Source: an uncultured virus (IMG/VR IMGVR_UViG_3300033994_002454)
Lineage: Duplodnaviria; Heunggongvirae; Uroviricota; Caudoviricetes
IMG/VR virus record: IMGVR_UViG_3300033994_002454
Coordinates: 1 to 64,000 of that record
Reading direction: 5' to 3' (one strand)
Length of the DNA stretch: 64,000 bases
The notes under the pieces are model-generated. The model was not told the DNA's origin. It saw only the letters and a list, made by a program, of their open reading frames with translations, and ran no database searches. Shown piece after piece: positions 31,546-39,512 of the stretch. The position numbers and the translations under genes are program-made. Each line of letters starts with the position of its first letter. The first letter of the stretch is position 1.

Positions 31546-31800
31546 AGATTTTTTAAAAAAGAAGGATTTGATGTTTACTATCTTTTACAAAAATGGCCGA
31601 TTTGGAAAATTAGGTTGCATTTGGGGGTATATAGCTATATATTGGGTCGATGGGGTTAAGGTTTTAAAGAGAAGAGATTTACTCTAAGTCCACGTCCTTC
31701 ACCACCCCGCCATATATTGACCCCGGCGCACGTGGTACCCAGTACATAATACTATATGCATACCATATATATACCGCCGTACCGGTACAGGCCTACCAGC
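31546..31800. other. non-coding, palindrome-rich boundary region (candidate genome end or origin)
   Basis: No credible gene; locally GC-rich; palindromes CACGTG, GGTACC, TATGCATA, GTACCGGTAC, AGGCCT; separates the late-type region from the early array. Confidence 0.4.
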
Positions 31801-31983
31801 CTTGTACCTTGGTCTTTGAACCTACCAGCTCACCGTTCTCAAAATAATAAAACTCCAGCTTACCGTCTTCACGCTTTACGGTCACATTGGCTTGGTCGGT
31901 TAAGCACCCATCAATGTTTAGAATGCGTGTTTGGTTTAATTGGATAAATGTTGATGTTGTCATATGTGTCTCTGTTTTACGCA

Positions 31984-32031
31984 CCCCGAAAGCCCGATTG
32001 CTCGGGCTCATAGGGCGTATAATTAAAAGAT
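31984..32031 (-). terminator. intrinsic terminator, copy 1 of an approx. 48-bp direct repeat
   Basis: Minus AGCCCGA-GCAA-TCGGGCT then TTC; near-identical copy at 32846-32894. Confidence 0.65.
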
Positions 32032-32046
32032 AAAATTGTTGCTTAT

Positions 32047-32304
32047 TTAAAAATCTTGGTCACATACCTCATCATGTAAGTCAAGCATGTACTGGCGCTC
32101 CATCATTTCCTGCTTATAGGTCTTGGTCTTAAACACCTCAAATGGAGCAATTGGGTTATCGCTCTTGGCTCTAACATGGTACTCATCCCATACCTCTCTA
32201 GCGTTATCAACCTCAATCAATATTTGGCTTGGTTCTAGGTTTAGGGCGTATGTCTTAATTACTTTACCACTTAAATCACTCACTGTAAAATCAACTTTAA
32301 TCAT
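32047..32304 (-). CDS. early hypothetical protein
   Basis: Start MIKVDF immediately behind class-A element at 32329. Confidence 0.6.
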   Translation of the reverse strand: MIKVDFTVSDLSGKVIKTYALNLEPSQILIEVDNAREVWDEYHVRAKSDNPIAPFEVFKTKTYKQEMMERQYMLDLHDEVCDQDF

Positions 32305-32360
32305 GTTTCTCAATTTATTTATACACCCAATATACGAACCCATTTACCCAACCTGTATTC

Positions 32361-32786
32361 CTAATACCCCTCTGGGCGGCTAAACTGAGGGTGGTTATCA
32401 TAATATCTAACCCAGTACTCATATTCTTCACGTTCGGCTTTAGCCTTATCTACATCTTTGATCTTACCGGATTGTCTTAACTTATTATATCTATCTCTAA
32501 CCGTAAGCATCCAATCAAAATAATCTCTACCCTTAGCATGGTTATATGAATATGAATCTGTATCATCATACTCAGCAAACCAATCATCTACGAATTCAAA
32601 CCCTCTTATTTCAACTAACTCTTTCTTACCATCTATATTTCTCCATCTATTACCTGAGAGACCTAATAGATGCTTAATGTACTCATCTTCATTACCCTCC
32701 CATCTATCTTTAGGGGTTAAACCCATTCGGTACTCTTGATCTCTCCAATATGCTGCTGATTGTCTTTGTTTTTCTGAACGTCCCAT
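32361..32786 (-). CDS. early hypothetical protein
   Basis: Likely start MGRSEKQ at 32786 behind element at 32811. Confidence 0.6.
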   Translation of the reverse strand: MGRSEKQRQSAAYWRDQEYRMGLTPKDRWEGNEDEYIKHLLGLSGNRWRNIDGKKELVEIRGFEFVDDWFAEYDDTDSYSYNHAKGRDYFDWMLTVRDRYNKLRQSGKIKDVDKAKAEREEYEYWVRYYDNHPQFSRPEGY

Positions 32787-32845
32787 TTTATTTATTTTAA
32801 TTATACACTCAATATACGAACCCGCTCGTGCGACCCTACTTCCGC

Positions 32846-32894
32846 CCCCAAAAGCCCGATTACTCGGGCTCACAGGTCGTATAATTAAAAAGAT
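32846..32894 (-). terminator. intrinsic terminator, copy 2 of the direct repeat
   Basis: Minus AGCCCGA-GTAA-TCGGGCT-TTT, directly 3' of the tRNA-like cluster. Confidence 0.65.
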
Positions 32895-32897
32895 TTG

Positions 32898-32956
32898 TGG
32901 AGTGGGTGGAGTCGAACCACCTGCTTGTACCTGTACAGCTTTAACCAAACCACTCC
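32898..32956 (-). ncRNA. minimised tRNA-like RNA lacking a normal anticodon loop
   Basis: GGAGTG/CACTCC acceptor, GGTGG-TTCGACT-CCACC T arm, short D region, TGTAC-AG-GTACA in place of the anticodon arm. Confidence 0.6.
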
Positions 32957-32975
32957 TGGGCCTGCAGACCCGTTA

Positions 32976-33047
32976 TAAATGTGCTTCATATGTGCAAAGC
33001 TTAATCCATTGGCTTGGATTCCGGAGCCTAACCCGGTTCTACATTTA
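32976..33047 (-). ncRNA. 72-nt cloverleaf-shaped RNA without tRNA consensus bases
   Basis: TAAATGT/ACATTTA closing stem with three hairpins CCGG/CCGG, AATCCA/TGGATT, GCTTT/GAAGC. Confidence 0.45.
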
Positions 33048-33053
33048 CCATTG

Positions 33054-33123
33054 TGGTCATGACAGGACTCGAACCTGCTCCCTCCCTTATAATCGGTTGC
33101 GTTCTCCCACACGCCCCATGACC
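33054..33123 (-). ncRNA. tRNA-like RNA with unpaired anticodon stem
   Basis: GGTCATG/CATGACC acceptor, GCGT/ACGC D stem, GCAGG-TTCGAGT-CCTGT T arm; anticodon arm ACCGATTATAAGGGAGG does not form a 5-bp stem. Confidence 0.6.
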
Positions 33124-33144
33124 TTATATTTTTAGTTCAGTGGC

Positions 33145-33480
33145 TTAAGCAGCCACCTCACTCCCATCTGCCTTTACTTTGGCAGGTCGTCCACGCTTAA
33201 CAGCTCCACCATTTAACTCAGCTTTAGCCTTCAACTCAGCTAATCGTAACTGTCTAGCACTATTTGGATTTACAGGACGTCCTTGACCTACACCTAATGC
33301 TTTATTCAAAGCTTGTTTTTTCAATCGAGCTTGTCTCTCACTGTTTTCATTTACAGGACGTCCTCGTTTCAACTCACCATTTGCTCTTTTTACTTCTAAC
33401 TCTGCTAAACGGATTTGTCTTGCACTATTAACATTAACTGGACGACCTTTAACTACATTTTTTACTTCTACTTTTTTCAT
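33145..33480 (-). CDS. tandem AT-hook (GRP) repeat protein
   Basis: Four GRP cores in approx. 29-aa repeats (KRGRPVNENSERQAR). Confidence 0.7.
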   Translation of the reverse strand: MKKVEVKNVVKGRPVNVNSARQIRLAELEVKRANGELKRGRPVNENSERQARLKKQALNKALGVGQGRPVNPNSARQLRLAELKAKAELNGGAVKRGRPAKVKADGSEVAA

Positions 33481-33555
33481 AACTTTTATTTTTCTTTTTT
33501 ATTTATATTATCAATATACGAACTATCTATTTATTTTCTTATTCCCCCGTTTTAA

Positions 33556-33696
33556 TTACACTACAAAAAAACATTCAGTTCCAATTGTAACACAATTATA
33601 TATTATCAAACTTACTATTCCAACTATAAACCCAAAACCTAAAGTAATACAAACTCTATCAACTAAATTACCTTTTACTAAACTTAAACTTTTCAT
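33556..33696 (-). CDS. small membrane protein, cytosine-depleted
   Basis: Manual translation MKSLSLVKGNLVDRVCITLGFGFIVGIV.., 46 aa, own class-A element; 3 C on coding strand. Confidence 0.5.
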   Translation of the reverse strand: MKSLSLVKGNLVDRVCITLGFGFIVGIVSLIIYNCVTIGTECFFVV

Positions 33697-33744
33697 CTTT
33701 TTATCTCTTTAATTATACACTCAATATACGAACTATACTTTAAC

Positions 33745-33828
33745 TTACTTATTCCCTTGTTTACTAATTAATTTCATAATTAATACTACATTCAATAACA
33801 AACTTAAATAAACTATACTACCTATCAT
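33745..33828 (-). CDS. 27-aa membrane peptide, cytosine-depleted
   Basis: MIGSIVYLSLLLNVVLIMKLISKQGNK behind element 33855; 1 C on coding strand. Confidence 0.45.
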   Translation of the reverse strand: MIGSIVYLSLLLNVVLIMKLISKQGNK

Positions 33829-33899
33829 CTTTTTCTTTTTTTAATTATACATTCAATATACGAAACTACATTGTATTATTTTATTCCTGGGTTTTTTAT

Positions 33900-34313
33900 T
33901 TAGTATTCAGGGTAATCAATATACCCAGCTTCATCCACAATATGGGTAATAGCTGTAAGTGCTTTATTCATACTTTCAGTAGCTCGTTTAAAATCATCTT
34001 CTCTTGATTTTTTACCAGCTTCAAAAGCATAATACATTAAGAGATTTACATATTGTTCTGTAAATCCAAATTTATACTTATCTGAGGTTTCTAGTCCCAT
34101 TGCTTCAGAAAGGCTAATTTCTTTACGATTGTGAACCCGGAAAGTATTAATTTTATCACCAACTAGATTATCAATCTCTTCAATACGTTCAATAGCCATA
34201 GCCTTTAACCATAAAATATTTTGTGGTATTTCTTCAGGTGCCTTATCTAATTTAGCAGCTCCTTCTTTTACCTTTTCTCGGTAAGTGTCGTAAAATGATT
34301 TTTCTTCGCTCAT
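33900..34313 (-). CDS. early hypothetical protein with normal base composition
   Basis: 137 aa behind element 34341. Confidence 0.65.
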   Translation of the reverse strand: MSEEKSFYDTYREKVKEGAAKLDKAPEEIPQNILWLKAMAIERIEEIDNLVGDKINTFRVHNRKEISLSEAMGLETSDKYKFGFTEQYVNLLMYYAFEAGKKSREDDFKRATESMNKALTAITHIVDEAGYIDYPEY

Positions 34314-34330
34314 AACTTATCTCTTTTTAA

Positions 34331-34522
34331 TTATACATTCAATATACGAAATGCATTTACCATTTTCATGTCCTTATTGGTTAGTTTAATTTGTTTAAAA
34401 TTTTTCTCACCATCAAAAATCACAAAATACTTTTTATCACTTTTAACTTCTCTTACTATACAACTTACTTTTTTCAAATACATTATTTCAATTAAACTAA
34501 TAACACTTTTTAAATCAATCAT
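34331..34522 (-). CDS. early hypothetical protein, cytosine-depleted
   Basis: Behind element 34548; no + strand G from 34394 to 34554. Confidence 0.55.
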   Translation of the reverse strand: MIDLKSVISLIEIMYLKKVSCIVREVKSDKKYFVIFDGEKNFKQIKLTNKDMKMVNAFRILNV

Positions 34523-34573
34523 TTTATTTCTTTTTAATTATACAATCAATATACGAATTATAATTTAAATCGC

Positions 34574-34801
34574 TTAGTCCTTAATAATTACAATATCACC
34601 AACTTCACAATCCATTTCATCAACTCTATTTATTATTTTTTCATCTAATCCAGAACAATTTTTAGATTTAATTTTCAATAATTCTCCACTATCTAAATCT
34701 TCAACTACACAACTAATTATTCTACTTACTCTACAACCCTTAGATAATTCATTTACACTATCAATTTTAAATTTTCTTTTAATTACTTTAAATCTTTTCA
34801 T
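34574..34801 (-). CDS. early hypothetical protein, cytosine-depleted
   Basis: 75 aa lacking Ala, Pro, Thr, Gln and His; 4 C in 228 coding nt. Confidence 0.6.
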   Translation of the reverse strand: MKRFKVIKRKFKIDSVNELSKGCRVSRIISCVVEDLDSGELLKIKSKNCSGLDEKIINRVDEMDCEVGDIVIIKD

Positions 34802-34851
34802 TTTATCATTTTTAATTATACAATCAATATACGAACTATAGTTTAATTTTG

Positions 34852-35142
34852 TTAGTCCCGTTCAAATAATATGCTGAACAAATCCTCCATCCATATTTTA
34901 TTTTCACTTTCAACAAAATATATACCCATTCCTCTATAATTGTATACTAAATCGTCATTATATGTTTTATTATATTCATTAATTTTTTTCACAAATTCAA
35001 CAATATCATTGTCCAATTCATCAACATTAAATTCAATAACTTCAAAATCATTATACAATGTATTAAAATGTTTCATCAACAATTTATTCAATTTAGTGTT
35101 TTGGAATCGTTTTACTTCATTTACAAAATTCATATTTTTCAC
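34852..35142 (-). CDS. early hypothetical protein
   Basis: Behind element 35160; stop overlaps next GGACTA box. Confidence 0.6.
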   Translation of the reverse strand: MKNMNFVNEVKRFQNTKLNKLLMKHFNTLYNDFEVIEFNVDELDNDIVEFVKKINEYNKTYNDDLVYNYRGMGIYFVESENKIWMEDLFSILFERD

Positions 35143-35191
35143 TTTTTAATTATACAATCAATATACGAATTATATTTCAGTAACGTTATTC

Positions 35192-35368
35192 CTATTTAAA
35201 CTCATTTTTTATTTCAAATGTAACATAAAATAAATCATCCATTCCATCATATTCACTGAATTCAAATCCTAATTCCTCTGCTACATCTTTCAATTTCAAA
35301 AACAATTCAATATTTTTTTCATTGATTCCATTCATAATAAGTCCTTTTACAATTGCTTCGTTTTTCAT
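35192..35368 (-). CDS. small early protein (58 aa)
   Basis: Manual translation MKNEAIVKGLIMNGINEKNIELF.. behind element 35395. Confidence 0.5.
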   Translation of the reverse strand: MKNEAIVKGLIMNGINEKNIELFLKLKDVAEELGFEFSEYDGMDDLFYVTFEIKNEFK

Positions 35369-35427
35369 CTTTTTATTTTTTTAATTATACAATCAATATA
35401 CGAAATATACTTTAACTCTGTTATTCC

Positions 35428-35556
35428 CTAGTTTAATCTGATTATAGCATCTTCAAACTTCAATGTTTCAGGTAAAAATACAAATTGTACAGTATTCACT
35501 TCCTGAATTAATAAAAATGCTAACAATTCTAATTCTTTTCTTTCTTCTTCACTCAT
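35428..35556 (-). CDS. small early protein (42 aa)
   Basis: Manual translation MSEEERKELELLAFLLIQEV.. behind element 35579. Confidence 0.45.
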   Translation of the reverse strand: MSEEERKELELLAFLLIQEVNTVQFVFLPETLKFEDAIIRLN

Positions 35557-35599
35557 TTTATTTTCTTTTTATATCATCAATATACGAAGGAGAAATGTA

Positions 35600-35809
35600 T
35601 TAAAACATTCCTCCACTTATAACAAATCTATATTTATAGATAGTTTCATAATCACCTTCACTAAAAATTTCTTCACATACTTTTTCTCTCTCACACCATT
35701 CTACTTCATTATAATAAATCCATCCATCAGGACCCGTCCCATGTATTCTAATTTGTAAATTCTTATTTTCTACTTTTTCTAACTCTTCAATTAATTCTTT
35801 TACTGTCAT
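35600..35809 (-). CDS. MTVKELIEEL-type small phage protein
   Basis: Common phage N-terminal motif; behind element 35835. Confidence 0.6.
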   Translation of the reverse strand: MTVKELIEELEKVENKNLQIRIHGTGPDGWIYYNEVEWCEREKVCEEIFSEGDYETIYKYRFVISGGMF

Positions 35810-35860
35810 TTTCTATCTTTTTATTTATACACTCAATATACGAATTTCATTTTAATTAAC

Positions 35861-36058
35861 TTATTCCATTTTTAAATCAATAATAAAATCAATTAACAAA
35901 TCCACTAAACTATCATCACTAATCCATCCTCTTTCATACAAATAATAATTTTTTACATCTTCTAAAGTTTTCAATTTATCAATTTCTATCTCAAATTCTA
36001 AAACTTGTTCACCACTAATTTCACACTCAAATTCAAATACTTTTTCACTTAATGTCAT
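35861..36058 (-). CDS. early hypothetical protein, cytosine-depleted
   Basis: 3 C in 198 coding nt; behind element 36084. Confidence 0.6.
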   Translation of the reverse strand: MTLSEKVFEFECEISGEQVLEFEIEIDKLKTLEDVKNYYLYERGWISDDSLVDLLIDFIIDLKME

Positions 36059-36092
36059 TTTCTATCTTTTTAATTATGTTATCAATATACGA

Positions 36093-36114
36093 AAGCCTCT
36101 TTAATAAGAGGCTT
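36093..36114 (-). terminator. terminator hairpin embedded in class-A promoter spacer
   Basis: Perfect 9-bp stem AAGCCTCTT/AAGAGGCTT, 4-nt loop, followed on minus by TCGTATATT. Confidence 0.7.
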
Positions 36115-36141
36115 CCTTTGATGATGATTATTATTTTATTC

Positions 36142-36465
36142 CTAAGCAGCTATTTCATTATTATCTTTTTTAGGTCGTCCTCTTTTAACTAAACCTAACT
36201 CTCTTTTACTCTCTAATTCTTTTAGTCTTTTCTGTCTTTCACTATTTTCATTTACAGGACGTCCTTTTTTCAACTCTCCATTTTTTCTTTTATTTTCTAA
36301 CTCACTAATCCTCTTTTGTCTTTCACTATTTTCATTTACAGGTCGTCCTCTTTTTAACAATCCTAACTCTCTTTTACTTTCTAATTCTTTAATCCTTAAT
36401 TGTCTTACACTGTTTTCATTTACAGGACGTCCTAATTTTTTTACTTCATTTTTCATAACTTTCAT
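36142..36465 (-). CDS. tandem AT-hook (GRP) repeat protein, paralog of 33145-33480
   Basis: GRPVNENS repeated three times plus terminal KRGRPKK. Confidence 0.7.
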   Translation of the reverse strand: MKVMKNEVKKLGRPVNENSVRQLRIKELESKRELGLLKRGRPVNENSERQKRISELENKRKNGELKKGRPVNENSERQKRLKELESKRELGLVKRGRPKKDNNEIAA

Positions 36466-36539
36466 TTTTTATTTTTTTAATTATACAATCAATATACAAA
36501 ATTTATTTTAATTATTTTATTCCTCAGGTAGTTTAATCA

Positions 36540-36731
36540 TTAACCATACACCACCCCCCATTTAATTAACATCCCATTAATTTCTATTTCACCACTATCT
36601 CCTACACATTCATATTCTCCAAAATCACACTCACTATCATTACTAATAAAAATTCCAACATTACTTTTTTCATCTAATTCAATAAAAATTCCTTCAAAAT
36701 CTAATACCTCTTTTCCATCTTTTACTTTCAT
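36540..36731 (-). CDS. 63-aa protein encoded with no cytosine on the coding strand
   Basis: No G on + strand from 36532 to 36754; own class-A element at 36757. Confidence 0.6.
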   Translation of the reverse strand: MKVKDGKEVLDFEGIFIELDEKSNVGIFISNDSECDFGEYECVGDSGEIEINGMLIKWGVVYG

Positions 36732-37070
36732 AACAATTTTCTTTTTAATTTATTGTAATATACGAAAATTATTTGATGAAATCTATTCCTGAGCAGTCTG
36801 ATAGCCTGCAAATTCCTTGCAAGCTTCTTTTAATGTTTTTCAAACGCCACGTTTGGCTATAATCGCGGTGTGGGTCTCGGTTTAATATTCAACTGTTCCT
36901 ACCTCACACACGAATATCAATGTTGTTTTCCATTTTTTGATTACTGGGAGGTTCTTTCTGTGTCCTAATGCTGTTGCGTTCCTCTGTTCTGTTTCCATTA
37001 TGGAGAATACCTTAATATTCAGTTATACATATGTGAAGATAATGATTTTCATTCAATTTTCCAAGTATTT

Positions 37071-37493
37071 TTGACGATTTCTTTAACGATTTTCATTATA
37101 TGACGATCCCCATCCCCCCATTTCCCCGTGTGGGGGACGTGTTTTTTCATGTTTTTTGTATATACTTTTGGAAAGTTTTAAAAAGGACGTGGACGGGCAA
37201 TGGAGGGGTTAGACACACCACTTTTTCACACCATTCATTGCCAAACACACTTGTCACATACTATTAACGATTTTCGTTTTGTTGATGATCATCATTGACG
37301 ATTTACATTCCCCATGTTGATTTTCATTCCACACATTGACGATTTCCTTTTGTTGATAATCATCGTTGATTTTCATTTTTGACGAGTTCCGTTGACGATG
37401 TTCGTTTGCATTTATTTCACGTTGATTCTCGTTTCTTTGACAATGTATATTTGATGATTTACGATTTAATTTCCATTGCTAATTTGACGATTT
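37071..37493. repeat. cluster of about 13 TTGACGATTT-like decamer direct repeats in a largely non-coding region
   Basis: Exact copies at 37071, 37295, 37336, 37484; variants at 37083, 37100, 37264, 37282, 37353, 37379, 37392, 37437, 37451. Confidence 0.7.
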
Positions 37494-37626
37494 CTATTAA
37501 ACGTCCTGTTCTAACATCATTCACCTTATTTGCTCCAGTGATGATTTCTTTCAGTTTATCTTTATTTTGTTTTACCAATGAACTTAGTAATGTCAATTCA
37601 TTGTCTGATAATTCTTTTATTGTCAT
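37459..37626 (-). CDS. small early protein (55 aa)
   Basis: Manual translation MTIKELSDNELTLLSSLVKQNK.. behind element 37649. Confidence 0.5.
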   Translation of the reverse strand: MTIKELSDNELTLLSSLVKQNKDKLKEIITGANKVNDVRTGRLIEIVKLAMEIKS

Positions 37627-38309
37627 CTGTCTTATTTTATTTATCTGGGATATACGATCTCTATTTTATATTTTCTATTCCCTCAGTTAATTCATCTACA
37701 TAAAACCTTACATCTTCTATTTGGGTTTTATTTTTAAATACTATTACTTTTTCCTCTCTAACCATAACAAAGTATTCATTACCTTGTTCATCTGTAAAAT
37801 GTATGTCTTTCATAACTTTTATTTTGAATATACAAACCAAATCCCTATAACTTGTTTCCCATTTATTTCAAATGGCGCTGTTGTGCCATCACTAAATGCA
37901 TATATATAAAAATCTAATTCTTTCATATTATCTATTTTTAATTATTTCAATATAACACTTTCCACTATAACCACTTCCACACCATTTACTTAATTCTTTT
38001 TCGGTTAATGTATTGGCTAGTTCTTCAATGGCTTCAATTGACATGTTATCAATTTGTTTTGCTGTGTAGCTCATAACCTTATTTATTCAATTTTAATTTC
38101 AATTTCAAATCCCTAATAGTCATTTTTACAAAACCTGCAGTCATAATAGGCATTTTTCCACTCTGTTCTACTTTTTCAATTTCAGCAATCATGTTTTCTT
38201 GTACTTTATCTAATCCATCATTGATTAGAAACTTTTCAAAATCATTTAATTTACTCATAACTTTTCTTTTTATTTTCTTAATTTATACATTCAATATACG
38301 AAAGCTTTT

Positions 38310-38654
38310 TTACTTATCTTCGTCCTCTACTTTATCTTCAAGTTCAAATTGTTGCAACACTGCATTGATATGACTCATTGTTTCATAAACATCTATTTGT
38401 GCACTATCTACTTCAATTACGTTTCCATAGTTAATAGAAAACTCAACATCATCTTTATTAACTAAATCATCACAATTATACTCTAATACTCGTTCAATTT
38501 CATTTGATAATTCATTAATCAATTCTTCACTTAGTTTTGTTACTGTATTAACATCATCTAATCCATTTATCAATGCTATTACTTTATCAATATCAACTTG
38601 TGATGATAATGCTTTTGCTGCTTCTAATTGTGCTACTAATTCTACTTTTTTCAT
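38310..38654 (-). CDS. early acidic hypothetical protein
   Basis: Behind element 38679. Confidence 0.65.
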   Translation of the reverse strand: MKKVELVAQLEAAKALSSQVDIDKVIALINGLDDVNTVTKLSEELINELSNEIERVLEYNCDDLVNKDDVEFSINYGNVIEVDSAQIDVYETMSHINAVLQQFELEDKVEDEDK

Positions 38655-38695
38655 ATTTTTCTTTTTTTAATTTATTGTAATATACGATTTTTCTT

Positions 38696-38908
38696 TTAAT
38701 TATTTGATTCCTCTATTAAAGTAATTAATTCATCAATCAATTCTTTATCATCAATTTCATTGTTGTTAAAGTCAACTACTTGAACTTCATCCATAATAAA
38801 ATCCATAAATGAATCGTGAATAGTTACTACATAACCTTCACCATTTTCTCCTTCAATAGTATATACTTTTGTTTCGTATACTTCTTTATCTGTGATTTCT
38901 AATTTCAT
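38696..38908 (-). CDS. early acidic hypothetical protein
   Basis: Behind element 38934. Confidence 0.6.
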   Translation of the reverse strand: MKLEITDKEVYETKVYTIEGENGEGYVVTIHDSFMDFIMDEVQVVDFNNNEIDDKELIDELITLIEESNN

Positions 38909-38944
38909 AACTTTTATTTCTTTAATTTATTGTAATATACAAAA

Positions 38945-38962
38945 GCCCTCTTAATAGAGGGC
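38945..38962 (-). terminator. terminator hairpin embedded in class-A promoter spacer
   Basis: GCCCTCT/AGAGGGC 7-bp stem followed on minus by TTTTGTATATT. Confidence 0.65.
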
Positions 38963-38968
38963 GTCCTT

Positions 38969-39304
38969 TTAAAATTTACCTTTAAACATTAATTTTAATT
39001 TATCTTCTATTCCTGAATTAGCTAATTCTGTTTCTTTTTCATCAATCAACTTATCCAAATCAATACCTAAGCTCAATAATGATTTTTTAAATTCACTAAA
39101 CCCTTTATAACTTGAATCAACATCAATTCCTAAAAACTTAATGTTTGCAAAATCAAGACCAATTTCTAAATCAACTTCAACACCACCATCTTTACCTTCA
39201 CTGATGAATGCTTGGTTGATTAATGTTAACTCAATTGCATCGTTGTTTCCTAATTTTACTTCTGTATTGAAGCCTACCATTAATGTTTTGTTTGTAATTT
39301 TCAT
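38969..39304 (-). CDS. early hypothetical protein
   Basis: Likely start MKITNK at 39304 behind element 39341. Confidence 0.6.
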   Translation of the reverse strand: MKITNKTLMVGFNTEVKLGNNDAIELTLINQAFISEGKDGGVEVDLEIGLDFANIKFLGIDVDSSYKGFSEFKKSLLSLGIDLDKLIDEKETELANSGIEDKLKLMFKGKF

Positions 39305-39512
39305 AACTTTTATTTTTTTTCTTTTTTTATTTATACACTCAATATACGAAAGCCTTTTTAATAAGCTTATTCCTCTACTTTCTTTAAACTTGAAACATTT
39401 ACAATGTATCTGTATCGTTCGTTTTGTATTGCACACGTCATATCTCCTGCTTTATACCACACTAACGTCCATGTTCCGGGGTATTTGTAGCATGTTACTT
39501 TATCTCCTACTT

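Noticed and set aside
11609..31700. Apparent GC-skew change as proof of a replication origin
   Set aside because: By eye it tracks amino-acid composition (Ser/Thr-rich structural versus Glu/Lys-rich genes on one strand) and cannot be separated from it without computation.
32787..33135. ORF-track extensions 32361-32948, 32885-33112 and 32902-33135
   Set aside because: They run through a promoter, a terminator and tRNA-like structures; the real start is probably 32786.
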